In this document: positions 36,542 through 46,774 of the stretch, piece after piece
Layout of the letters: each line of letters starts with the position of its first letter
Position numbering within the stretch: position 1 is the first letter of the stretch
Assembly (NCBI GenBank): GCA_044892505.1
Contig: CM097883.1
Location: forward strand, 334,614,001-334,678,000
Source: Schmidtea nova
Taxonomy: Eukaryota
DNA length: 64,000 bases
Direction: 5' to 3'
Program-made: the position numbers and the translations under genes
The notes under the pieces: generated by a model
What the model was told of the DNA's origin: nothing
The model's database searches: none
What the model saw: the letters and a program-made list of their open reading frames with translations, nothing else

Positions 36542-39500
36542 CTATACAATCACCACTGGTTTTCCTTCGTACAGTTCTTCGTCCTCGATCTGTACCCACA
36601 TCTCTTCGTGTTTTGATCGTCTTTTCAGTTCTTCTCGTACTGCTTTTGGTAGTTTTATGTTGTAGTTTGTGACCTTTACGTCCGGCCATTTTACTGCTAT
36701 GGTCTTATTCCTCATGCCATATCTCCAACAGACTATCATGATCGTTATCAGTGGTATACACCCTATGAATACCCCCATGCTGATTAATCCCATTATTGTT
36801 TTTCCAATGTTCATCTTCGGAGTTTCACTTTGGTTTATCATCACGCCATATTGACCTTTCCATTCCGCTTCCCATTGTTCGTATTGTTGTTGTCTCCGTC
36901 TGACTTCTTCGATCACTTTCTCTGGTTCCCATCTTTCTTGGCGGTTTGGTATTGTTTCTTCCGTCTCGGTTTGTTCTCTCTTCACACTCAATTCTCGGAA
37001 TTCTAACTTTCTGATTCTCCTCGTTATCGTTGTGTTCCTTGGCGTGTAATAGGTGTCGCACCTTTCCTGTGGATTTCCTTGTGCGTCCACTTCTTCGATT
37101 GCACACACTTCGTATTCTGCGTTTGTTTTCAACTTCCTCATTTCTACCTCGATTATTTCTCCTTTATCATTTGATGTCTTTTGACAGTTTCGTGGGGACT
37201 TTCCCATACTGTTTGGCATTAATGTCCAACAGATTTCTAGGACCTTTTTATGGATCTTCCATATTATCAGAGTCGTTGATTCTGGTTCGTTTTCTATTGT
37301 CGTCCCTTCTGTTGTTGTCTGTTGAACTCTCTGACTGTTGGTTGTCGTGGTCCTTCTTGACTTTCTTTTCCTCTGTCGACTTCCTCCCATTTCAATCGTT
37401 CTCGTACCGTTAATTTGCTCTGGCGTCTTGTACAGTTTGCACTCCAGGCTTCTTTGTATTATTTCTCTTATTCTTCGGATTACGCAAATTTCGTAGGCTT
37501 GTCCGACTTCGAATCCATTTAGTTGAAACGGGATTCCTCGTTCTCTCGTTTTGCATTGCGGTAGTACGTGACTGGTCGATGCTCCGATGTATTTTCTCCA
37601 ACACATCCCAATTGTTCTCCGACCAATGTTTTTTATCTCTACGGTTACTACTTCATTCGCAATCGTTTCTTGATCTTGTTTCTTTCTTTTTGGGAATTCA
37701 ATTATCTCCTTTGCTTGGAACACTTTACACTCGCTTGTGCCTGGTCTGTTTCCGTTTGCTGCTTTTTCCATGAGGCATAGTTCACATGTTTTCTCTGTTT
37801 CCATTTCAGTTATCTCGATTTCCTCGTTTGTCTCTGCCTCTCGACTTTCTCTTGTTTCGCTGATTCCAATTACTTCATTGTTTCGTCCCCAACATCTTCC
37901 ATTCGTTGTTCGTTGGTCTTGGACATTTACTAACGTCATCACGCTGATATCTATGTCTTCCATGATTCTCTTAATGAGGATTAATATTAATGCTACACAT
38001 ATCAATTCTGGTTGGAATGTTAATTTTCTCGCTGGATTTTTGGTTATTCTTTCTTTCTCTGTTCGGTTTCTGATTCCTTCTTCTGCTTCGGTTTGATTCT
38101 TCCCTTTCTCTGATTCCACTTCTGTTCTTCCCGTTGTCTCTTCGCTTCTTTTCCCAATCCATTTCTGTATTTTCAGCGCTTCTGTTGCTTTATATAATTG
38201 ACATGCAGTTACTTGAGGTGCTTTTGGTTCTCCTCTCTGCTTTATTGCGCATATTATGTATGACTTTTCTTTCTCCAACCCTTTGATTGGGATGACGTCT
38301 CGCTTCAAATCTGACAATATACACTTCAGCGTATCGTTTTTCCTCAGGTTTTCTTTCCAGCATATTCTTTCGTATACTTCGTTTCCTCTGATTATTTCCA
38401 GCGTGACGTATTGTTTCTTGGCTTCTCCTTGTCCGATGATTGTTATCAATATCGCAATACACAACATTTCTGGTCTCAAAAGTAGACTTCCTGTTCGTTT
38501 TCCATAGTTCGTACTTTCGTCTTTTGTTCCACTGTTTTCTCGTTCTTCGGCTTCTTCTTTTTTGTCGTTTTTCGTTGGCTTCGGTTCTTCTTGTCTTTCT
38601 TTTTCATTATTCTCTGTTCTTTTGTTGTCATTGTCTTCGTTGTTCTTTTCGTTGTTACTTTTGTCGTTGAAGTCTCTGTAACCACCCCCTGGTCCTTTGA
38701 AAATGTCGTCCTCGACATTAATTTCTTCAATCAATCTTTCATACGCTTGGACCGCGAGTGTGCTAGACTCGAATTCCCGTATTTCCATGTCTTTTGATGG
38801 TTCTATGTCTTTTAGTCTACTTTGCTTGATCGCTTCTTTGGCATTTGCCCATTCATTCACATATTTTCTGAACAAGTCTTTCCATCTTCCCATTCGTTCC
38901 TGTTCCTTTGAGTTGTTCGTAAATTTCAAATCTCTTCTCTTCAAGAATTCTTCTACTATCTCTGGCTTTTTGTGTCTTAATAACGCGCTTCTGATACACC
39001 AATTCTGATTCTGTTCCATATGGTCATTGATCTTGAACACTGGTTCCTTGGTTATCGGATTCGCCCATGTTAGTAATGCTCTTGTTTTCTCTATGTCGTG
39101 TATCATTACTGTTAGACTGAAGTTCTTTACGTTATTCGCCAGGTATTCGATATCGTCTTGTTTCTTGATGGACTTTATGAACTTGATCATCTCGAAGTTG
39201 TTCCACTGTATTGCGATGTCTATGATGGAATTATTCTTTCCATTTTTCCCTTCGATTTTTGTTCCTGCTTCGTATAACTCGTTTAGCACTTTGCAGTTCG
39301 TCTTCTTCCTCGCTGCGATTATCATGATTGTATCTCCGTTATCATCAACCGTGTTCATGTCTGCTTCGCATTTGACCATCGCTTTCGTTATTTCCAGCAC
39401 TTCGTTTTCTTTCTTTCGACGTAATGCCCAGTGTATCGGCAATCTCCCATCCTTTGATAATAGGAATGCTACTGGCATTTGATTTTTGATCGTTTCTATG

Positions 39501-42500
39501 TCACTCTCGTTATAATCTCCTTGTGCGTATCTGTGTAATTTCTCTGTAATTGCTCCTAGTATCTCCAACGAGTTTTTATTCTCTTTGAATTCCGATAATC
39601 TTTCTTGCGCTTTTGCTACGATTGCGTCTAATCTCTCTTGATAATCGGCTTTTGCATTGAACAACACTGCTTTGCTTCTTATTTGCGTTTGCATCTGTTT
39701 CATTCGTTGGTCTTGATACACTGCTTGTCTGAAGAACTGTCCATATTTCAATGCTTCTATCAGCTCTTTATATCGCTTGCTTATTTCTTTGTGCTGCGTT
39801 TGGATGTCATAGAAATGTTCGAAGCTCATATCCGGATTCCATTGTTTATCACACCATCTCTTGATTAATCCGATTAATTCTTTTTTTCTGTCTTCCAACT
39901 TGTATTCTCTTGGGTTTTCGCTAACCCGTAACGTATCTCTCGCTATCAACACTGCAAGTGTTTTTGGATCGTATGTTACCTCTAGTAGATGTTTCAGTAA
40001 CGCATTTTCTCCCCTTGTGAATACTTCATTACAATCTATGACCCATGAATCTCTTTCTGGTCGTTTCCACTTTAACAGTATTCTCCAGGTTTTACTGTTT
40101 CTTACTCCGATTGCTTGTTTCATGATTGATCCTCTGGTTATTTCATCGATTTCCCACGTGGCATTTTCCGTGATATACTTCAGTATTCGGTGATTCGCTC
40201 TGTCAATTGCATGATTCAAGAATGTTCGTCCTTCTTTATCTTTTGTCATCCAACTTGATCTGGTGTTTCCGAATAGTTTGACTATTTCATCATCTCTTCC
40301 ATGAATCGTCATCATCATGAGTGGAGTGATTCCTTCCCAATTCACTTTGTCAATTTCTCCTCCACCTTCGAGTATCATCTCTACGATCTCTTTCACTTTT
40401 TCGTTTCCACTGTGCTTGATTGCATTGTGCAACGCTGTGTTACCGTCTTTGTCTTGTAGATTCAATGTTTGAGGGATTTCCTCTAGCAGCGTTCTTGTTA
40501 TTGGATGCGCTGATCTGTCTTTTGCATACTCCATTACATTTTTCCGCACTTCTGCCAATATATTGAAATCGAGCCACCATTTCCATTCTGGTATAAGTTC
40601 TCTGGTCTTCTTTGCCAGTTCTTTGATATCTATTGCTTCTCTTCGGTTGTCTTCTAGACTTGTTAGCGGCTTTTGTTGTACTCGCAACATACTGATTCTC
40701 GCCGTCTGTGATCTTGTCATCACCCGTTTCTCTGGTGATAGAGTTGCTGTCTTTGGTATTTTTCTGCATCTACATGCATTCACGTATATTGGTCTTACCA
40801 CTGGATTGTTCACCAATCGTACTCTCACATTATTTTCGTTTACTGTTGTTATTTCGTATGGCCCTTTGCCTGGTCGTTGGAGTTTCTTGACTGTACCGGG
40901 TATTATCTCTGGTGTCTCGATGATCACCCAATTTCCAACTTTTAAATCATGTGCTTTCACATTCTTTTTCTGATCATGTAGATCCTTGTAACTCTCTTGA
41001 TAGAACTTGATGTTCAGTTCCGCCGTTTTCCAGATTTCTTGCATTCTTTCTTTGAACTTCGTCACGTAATCGTCAACCTCCATGTACTGTGATAATGGTG
41101 GTTGATATTCTAAATCAATCGGTAAGTTGCAATCTCTTCCGTACATCAGTTGGAATGGACTTAGCTTTGTTGCCGCATGTATTGACATTCTATATGCCAT
41201 TAAACACAGGTTTATATATTCGTCCCAGTCAGTCTGATGTTTGCTGACGTAATTTGACAACATGCGTATTAGCGTTCCATTGAATCTTTCTGTTTGACCG
41301 TTCGTTTGTGGATGGTATGGGGATGTCCGTAATTTCGCAATTCGGAAGTAATTCGTAACTTCGTCCAATATTTCACTCATGAAATTTGTTCCTTGATCCG
41401 TTAGGATTTTCTTTGGTGTTCCGTATCTGCAGCATATCTCTTCCACCAATATTCTCGCGACTGTTTTCGCTTTTTGATCCGGTATTGCGAACGCTTCTGG
41501 GAACTTTGTTAGGTAGTCCGTGACTACTAATATGTACTGATTTCCTTTTAAACTTTCTGGCAATGGTCCAACTACATCCATTGCTATCGTCGCCATTGGT
41601 TCTGCAGGTATTGGCATAGGTTTTAGTGGTGTTTTCCACTTCGTTCCGACGTTCTTTCTTGTTGCACAGGTTAAGCAGTTCTTTATCCATTCTTTCACAT
41701 CATCTTCCATGGTTGGCCAAAAATACTTTTGTCTCAATCTCCCGATTGTCTTTTTCGCTGACATATGTCCGCCTAATTTTCCGTCATGATATTGAGTCAT
41801 GATTTCCTTTCGCCTATTCGCAGGTAAGCACATCAATCTTCGTTCTCCATCTTGTATCAATAACCATCCTTTTTCCATCACATATCTATGTTGATATTTC
41901 TGCATATGTTCGCGCAACGTTTGGTTCTTGCCGAATATTTCTATTTCCCTTTCTTTCAAATACTTGCTGATCAATCCCAACTCCTCGTCTTCGAGTTGAT
42001 CTTTCCTTAATTCGCTGAAATCCAAATCCTCCGCTATTAATGCACATATTTTCAGAGCGTTTAGGTTCACCAATTCTGGGAATGTAAATCTTGACATGCA
42101 ATCTGCGTTTGCATTTGCTTTTCCTGCTTTAAACTTTATGAATGGCGAGTATTCCTGTAACTGCATCGCCCAACGCATCAATCTACTTGACGATTCTTTA
42201 TGTTGGCCTAACCATACCAATGGTTGATGATCCGTCGTGATATATATTTCATGACCCCACAGTAGGTATTTGAAATGCTTGATTGCCAATATTATCGCAT
42301 AGGCTTCTCTTTCCGTGACTGAGTAATTCCTTTCATGTTTCCTGAATGTTCGACTGTAGTACCCAATTACTCTTTCCTTGCCTTCTTCATCGAATTGGCC
42401 TAGTACTGCTCCTGCTGCGTATCCACTTGCATCTGTTGCCAACAAAAATGGCTTCTTAAAATCTGGATGGACCAATATTGGTGCTGTAATCAGTTTGTCT

Positions 42501-45500
42501 CGTAATGTCTCAAATGCTGCTTGTTGTTCTTTTCCCCATATAAACGACACATCTTGTCTTACCAATTCTTGCATTGGCTTTGATATTCCTGCATAGTCCT
42601 TGATAAACTTTCGATAATATCCACACAATCCCAAAAATTCTTGTATTTGCGTCACTGTCTTTGGTGGTGGACATTCTTTGACTTTTTCGATATTCCTTGG
42701 ATCTGGTTCTTTTCCTTTTGCTGATACAATGTGACCTAAGAATGTCACTTTCTCTTTTGCCCAATCGCACTTTGACGGCTTCAATTTCAGTTTCCACTGT
42801 CTCAATTTCACGAACACATTTCTGATATCTTGCAGGTGATCTTCGAATGTTGCGGAGTAGATCAATAGATCGTCAATATACACCATGCATTGTTTTATGC
42901 CATGTGTTACGAAATTCATGCATCTCTGGAATGATGCTGGCGCGTTTGTTAACCCAAACGGCATTTTCTTGAATTGGTACAGATCTCGTCCGATTGTAAA
43001 TGCTGTCTTCTCTTTATCCTCGTCTTTCATTTTGATCTGCCAATATCCGCTTTTTAAATCCAGTGACGTGAAATAGGCTGCTCCTTGTAACGTCAACAAC
43101 ATTTCGTTTATGTCTGGCAGTGGGTACGTATCTCTTTTCGTAACTGCGTTCAACCGTCTGTAATCGATACAGAATCTCTGAGTTCCATCCTTCTTTTTCA
43201 CCATCACCACCGGGAATTGCCAGGGTGAGCAACTGGGTTCGATGACCTCTGCATCTAACATCTTTTGTACCTCTTCTTCTGCCACTGCTTTTTGAGCTTC
43301 TGCCAATTTATATGGTCGTAATGCGATTGGCGTTTCGTCCGTCAACGGTATCGTATGTAATGTTACATCACATGTTCCCAAATCCAAATCTGATGCTGCG
43401 AATATATCTTTATATTCCATCAACAGTTTCTGTAACTGTTCTTTTTGTCGTTCGTCTAACAACACACTGTCGATTTTCCATGGTGATTCGCCTTTGCTTT
43501 TCTCATTCTTGTCTGGTATTTCGATTTCGGACATGGGTGTTAATTTACCCAATCTCTCATTCTCGTATATTATCTTGTCCTCTTCGTCGAAATTTACCAT
43601 ATTAATTGGTATCTCACCTTCTTGGTTTATGGTGACCAGTTCTCTTGCCATTGGTAATTCTATCTTTGCTTCGAACTTTTTACTTGGTTCGAATATCATA
43701 TCCCCCTTTATTGTTGAATCGATCTTGACATAGCACATCATTTCGTGCCTCGCTGGTACTACTATTTGTTCTGCACTTGCCACTTTAACTTTCATTCTGC
43801 AAATTTTTCCTGTTCTATCTTTTAATTTCATTGCTCCTAGATCGATTACGATCTCCTTGAACAGGTCTGGCATCAGGTCAGTTCCAATAATACATGGTAC
43901 ACTCAGCGATGGTATTACAGCGATGTACGTGTTGATTTCTGCACCTCGATGCTTAATTTTTACAAACCATCTTCCGGCTACTTCTACTGTCTCCTGACTG
44001 CACGCGATTACATGTACGTTTGTCTTTTCTATTTCTCTTTGGTTTTTCTCTGGTATATAGTTGATGTCGATCGCCGAAATATTCGCGCCTGTATCGATCA
44101 TGGCTTCAATTTCTCTTCCGTTTATTTCTACGGCTGTTGTTAAAATCGGTCCCATATTTGTGGACATAACTGCTATCGTGTGCGTGTCTTCCAACGAGTC
44201 TACACTTCCACCTCGTTTTACTTTGCATCCTTCTGGAATTATCGGGTATATACTGGTCATCGGCATCATCTGCATCATATTCGGCTTCGCTTTGTATATC
44301 GGTTCGTTATACATTGACTGAGGTGGAGCGCTGTATCTCCAATTCTCAACTGCACTCTTTTCGTTATACTGTAGAATCTGGTTTATATTCGCTTGTCCTC
44401 CTTGATCGTCATCGTCATCCTCATTGCTTGAGTCATCCTGTGTTCGATATCCCCTCACTCTTTCCCATAATCCTTTCCTTTCTTTCTTTAGTTGTCGTCT
44501 TGCTTGCTCGTCTTGCATTATCTTTTTGAATTTCCTTCCAACATCTTCATTTGTTCCTTTCATTTTCGCAAGTATCTTCAACAATCTTTTTATTCGATGA
44601 ATGTCTTTTGAGTGTCCATGCAACACCATCGTTTTCGCAAGGAATGGTAAGAATCCTACTACCATTTTCCAATTCACTTTCTTTTCTCTCTTGTAGATGT
44701 CGAAACACGCTAACATTTGCGTTATTATCACTCTGACGATTTGTATTATCAATATAACACCCAGTATTTCAGCCATCATTTGTCCGAATATCAGGAATCT
44801 TCCCCACATTGCCTTCATCATATTTTCCGTGGCTTTCTTGAAATGTGCCGGTGACAACAGCAGTTCGTAATTCGGTCCTTCTCGATAATTCGTTCCTCCC
44901 GTTATCGTTACGATATTTGACAGTAATGCTTCTCTTCTTGCCGGGAATAATATATTCTGCCTTGCCGCTTCTAAATCTTTTGGACTATAGATTCCGTTGT
45001 TTGAGACATCTACGTCGCTGAACTGTCTATCTTTCGATAACTGCATCAGTTCAAATTCTCTTGGTGCTAATACTTCGGTTCTTCCTGGGAACATAACCCA
45101 TTTGCCATCTGGTTTCTGATAAAGCGGTCCGTACGCATTACTACAGTTGAACGGATTTGGTTCAAACCCTGGTGGATTGATGATTCTCGTCACCGGTTGA
45201 ACATATCGTACTTTTCCTTTGTAATCGATTTCTAGTTCGTTTGTACATTGTCCAGGTTTCAACTGCGTTGTTGCTGCTAGCGATGCGTGTGTCTTTTCGC
45301 AAATGTATACATACATTGCTTCTCCAACCACTCTTCCGAAATGTCCTTCTCTCAGTGGTAATAACGGCATCGCGCTATCTGGATTCGTAATCGCTACGGC
45401 CAACTTTGTCTTTAATATTTCCCGATTCAGTATACAATCGTTGTTTATCAGATCGTAGTACACTTTTTGCAATGAGGCTTGACCTCTATGGAATAAGAAA

Positions 45501-46774
45501 TCCATTTTATTATTCACATACAAGTGTAGCTTGATATCCATTGTGTCGATCTTGGGTTTCGCATTCGGTACTTCTTGCTTTGACTCATATATTCCTGGAT
45601 AGTTTGTTTCGTATACTGTTGTACTGCACTTAAGGGTTGCTTTCCCTTTTATGAATCTCATGCCCACATCCTGATTTGTGGTTATCAACACTGTTGGTGT
45701 GGTTCTCATCTCTATCCGTTTTTCTCTATGATCCGGTTTCAGTTGTCTTTTGTTCTCTAAAGCCTCTTTGAGATGTTTTGCTCTAGCTTTGTCGTCATCG
45801 TCCTCTTCTCGGAACGTTTTTCCTTGGATTTCGTCGAACTTTGCTCCTTGTAGTAGTTGTAATTGACATTCGTTCACTTTCGGTTTGTATACCAATGTTG
45901 ACATTCCCGTTTGACACATACTCCTGTCAATTTTACACATGGATAACGTTTTCATTTCTCCTGTGGTCGGTTCGAAGAATGCTTCGTAGCTTTTCAGTTC
46001 GACTATGTACGTATCCATTACCACTAAGTTGGTTGCAGGTACTCCGAATATTGGGTAGGTTTCTCCTTGACAATATCCTTCTCCTCCCGTAATCCGTCCT
46101 GCTACATAATACGTCTGCTGCAACATCATTCCTGGCTTTCCTTTTATCTTGATTTTATCTCTTGTTGTTACTTCTCCATGTTTAAATAATGCTTCGCAGT
46201 CTTCTCCTTGTAACACGATTGGTTCTCTTTCGGTTCCTGGCATGACAATTGCTGAATAATGTCCTCTCCCACAATAGAATGCGAATCTCGTCTTCTGCAC
46301 CTTGCATTCATTCACCATTGTCTTTATTAGTTCTGCCTCTTGATACACGTGGTACCATTGTTCCTTTTTAATCTCTCTCAATTCTACTGGGGTTGCATCT
46401 TTGCATTGCTCCGTACCTCTCAATGAATACTTTTCTCCCAATTTCATTTGATCACAATCAAATACTTCGAACGTTGTTACACCTTCTGTGCTTAACAACC
46501 ATACTAACATCATCATGATTATCGAGTTTAGATTCAACGTTGATCTTCCGTTTCCTTGCATCGTTTGTCTATTCTCCATTTCTCTCAATACTCCTTCAAG
46601 TTTCTTTCTCATCACGTTTGAACCCTCTTTTGTCTGGTTCTCTTTTATGAACTTTTCCCATCCTCCTTTTCTGAGGATATATGGTTCAATTTCCTTCTCG
46701 ATAATCATCGCCGTATTTTTAATATGTCTTCCCATCGGACTTGACTTCGGACTCCCTCGGCTTAGCGTTAGCAA
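36542..46774 (-). CDS. pol: 3410-codon polyprotein: Bcl-2-like tail / Env glycoprotein / PR / RT / RNase H / IN / ankyrin repeats / four Fn3-like modules / TM
   Basis: DTG at 44087-44095; YIDD at 42869-42880; TDASG RNase H; H..GH..C..C plus D,D,E integrase (MDVVG, TDQG, TERFN); DGNTALH and DGRLPIH ankyrins; first ATG at 46735, track start is TTG. Confidence 0.97.
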   Translation of the reverse strand: MLTLSRGSPKSSPMGRHIKNTAMIIEKEIEPYILRKGGWEKFIKENQTKEGSNVMRKKLEGVLREMENRQTMQGNGRSTLNLNSIIMMMLVWLLSTEGVTTFEVFDCDQMKLGEKYSLRGTEQCKDATPVELREIKKEQWYHVYQEAELIKTMVNECKVQKTRFAFYCGRGHYSAIVMPGTEREPIVLQGEDCEALFKHGEVTTRDKIKIKGKPGMMLQQTYYVAGRITGGEGYCQGETYPIFGVPATNLVVMDTYIVELKSYEAFFEPTTGEMKTLSMCKIDRSMCQTGMSTLVYKPKVNECQLQLLQGAKFDEIQGKTFREEDDDDKARAKHLKEALENKRQLKPDHREKRIEMRTTPTVLITTNQDVGMRFIKGKATLKCSTTVYETNYPGIYESKQEVPNAKPKIDTMDIKLHLYVNNKMDFLFHRGQASLQKVYYDLINNDCILNREILKTKLAVAITNPDSAMPLLPLREGHFGRVVGEAMYVYICEKTHASLAATTQLKPGQCTNELEIDYKGKVRYVQPVTRIINPPGFEPNPFNCSNAYGPLYQKPDGKWVMFPGRTEVLAPREFELMQLSKDRQFSDVDVSNNGIYSPKDLEAARQNILFPARREALLSNIVTITGGTNYREGPNYELLLSPAHFKKATENMMKAMWGRFLIFGQMMAEILGVILIIQIVRVIITQMLACFDIYKREKKVNWKMVVGFLPFLAKTMVLHGHSKDIHRIKRLLKILAKMKGTNEDVGRKFKKIMQDEQARRQLKKERKGLWERVRGYRTQDDSSNEDDDDDQGGQANINQILQYNEKSAVENWRYSAPPQSMYNEPIYKAKPNMMQMMPMTSIYPIIPEGCKVKRGGSVDSLEDTHTIAVMSTNMGPILTTAVEINGREIEAMIDTGANISAIDINYIPEKNQREIEKTNVHVIACSQETVEVAGRWFVKIKHRGAEINTYIAVIPSLSVPCIIGTDLMPDLFKEIVIDLGAMKLKDRTGKICRMKVKVASAEQIVVPARHEMMCYVKIDSTIKGDMIFEPSKKFEAKIELPMARELVTINQEGEIPINMVNFDEEDKIIYENERLGKLTPMSEIEIPDKNEKSKGESPWKIDSVLLDERQKEQLQKLLMEYKDIFAASDLDLGTCDVTLHTIPLTDETPIALRPYKLAEAQKAVAEEEVQKMLDAEVIEPSCSPWQFPVVMVKKKDGTQRFCIDYRRLNAVTKRDTYPLPDINEMLLTLQGAAYFTSLDLKSGYWQIKMKDEDKEKTAFTIGRDLYQFKKMPFGLTNAPASFQRCMNFVTHGIKQCMVYIDDLLIYSATFEDHLQDIRNVFVKLRQWKLKLKPSKCDWAKEKVTFLGHIVSAKGKEPDPRNIEKVKECPPPKTVTQIQEFLGLCGYYRKFIKDYAGISKPMQELVRQDVSFIWGKEQQAAFETLRDKLITAPILVHPDFKKPFLLATDASGYAAGAVLGQFDEEGKERVIGYYSRTFRKHERNYSVTEREAYAIILAIKHFKYLLWGHEIYITTDHQPLVWLGQHKESSSRLMRWAMQLQEYSPFIKFKAGKANANADCMSRFTFPELVNLNALKICALIAEDLDFSELRKDQLEDEELGLISKYLKEREIEIFGKNQTLREHMQKYQHRYVMEKGWLLIQDGERRLMCLPANRRKEIMTQYHDGKLGGHMSAKKTIGRLRQKYFWPTMEDDVKEWIKNCLTCATRKNVGTKWKTPLKPMPIPAEPMATIAMDVVGPLPESLKGNQYILVVTDYLTKFPEAFAIPDQKAKTVARILVEEICCRYGTPKKILTDQGTNFMSEILDEVTNYFRIAKLRTSPYHPQTNGQTERFNGTLIRMLSNYVSKHQTDWDEYINLCLMAYRMSIHAATKLSPFQLMYGRDCNLPIDLEYQPPLSQYMEVDDYVTKFKERMQEIWKTAELNIKFYQESYKDLHDQKKNVKAHDLKVGNWVIIETPEIIPGTVKKLQRPGKGPYEITTVNENNVRVRLVNNPVVRPIYVNACRCRKIPKTATLSPEKRVMTRSQTARISMLRVQQKPLTSLEDNRREAIDIKELAKKTRELIPEWKWWLDFNILAEVRKNVMEYAKDRSAHPITRTLLEEIPQTLNLQDKDGNTALHNAIKHSGNEKVKEIVEMILEGGGEIDKVNWEGITPLMMMTIHGRDDEIVKLFGNTRSSWMTKDKEGRTFLNHAIDRANHRILKYITENATWEIDEITRGSIMKQAIGVRNSKTWRILLKWKRPERDSWVIDCNEVFTRGENALLKHLLEVTYDPKTLAVLIARDTLRVSENPREYKLEDRKKELIGLIKRWCDKQWNPDMSFEHFYDIQTQHKEISKRYKELIEALKYGQFFRQAVYQDQRMKQMQTQIRSKAVLFNAKADYQERLDAIVAKAQERLSEFKENKNSLEILGAITEKLHRYAQGDYNESDIETIKNQMPVAFLLSKDGRLPIHWALRRKKENEVLEITKAMVKCEADMNTVDDNGDTIMIIAARKKTNCKVLNELYEAGTKIEGKNGKNNSIIDIAIQWNNFEMIKFIKSIKKQDDIEYLANNVKNFSLTVMIHDIEKTRALLTWANPITKEPVFKINDHMEQNQNWCIRSALLRHKKPEIVEEFLKRRDLKFTNNSKEQERMGRWKDLFRKYVNEWANAKEAIKQSRLKDIEPSKDMEIREFESSTLAVQAYERLIEEINVEDDIFKGPGGGYRDFNDKSNNEKNNEDNDNKRTENNEKERQEEPKPTKNDKKEEAEERENSGTKDESTNYGKRTGSLLLRPEMLCIAILITIIGQGEAKKQYVTLEIIRGNEVYERICWKENLRKNDTLKCILSDLKRDVIPIKGLEKEKSYIICAIKQRGEPKAPQVTACQLYKATEALKIQKWIGKRSEETTGRTEVESEKGKNQTEAEEGIRNRTEKERITKNPARKLTFQPELICVALILILIKRIMEDIDISVMTLVNVQDQRTTNGRCWGRNNEVIGISETRESREAETNEEIEITEMETEKTCELCLMEKAANGNRPGTSECKVFQAKEIIEFPKRKKQDQETIANEVVTVEIKNIGRRTIGMCWRKYIGASTSHVLPQCKTRERGIPFQLNGFEVGQAYEICVIRRIREIIQRSLECKLYKTPEQINGTRTIEMGGSRQRKRKSRRTTTTNSQRVQQTTTEGTTIENEPESTTLIIWKIHKKVLEICWTLMPNSMGKSPRNCQKTSNDKGEIIEVEMRKLKTNAEYEVCAIEEVDAQGNPQERCDTYYTPRNTTITRRIRKLEFRELSVKREQTETEETIPNRQERWEPEKVIEEVRRRQQQYEQWEAEWKGQYGVMINQSETPKMNIGKTIMGLISMGVFIGCIPLITIMIVCWRYGMRNKTIAVKWPDVKVTNYNIKLPKAVREELKRRSKHEEMWVQIEDEELYEGKPVVIV
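44600..46525 (-). other. env: Env-like glycoprotein region within the polyprotein (chuvirus G / class III gB-like)
   Basis: Signal-like SIIMMMLVWLLSTEG then FEVFDC..YSL..C, FYCGRGHYS, CILNREIL, GEAMYVYIC, CTNELEI..QPVTRII, CS..YGPLY..W and a TM at about 44720-44800; Cys pattern recalled from chuvirus-type glycoproteins. Confidence 0.78.
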
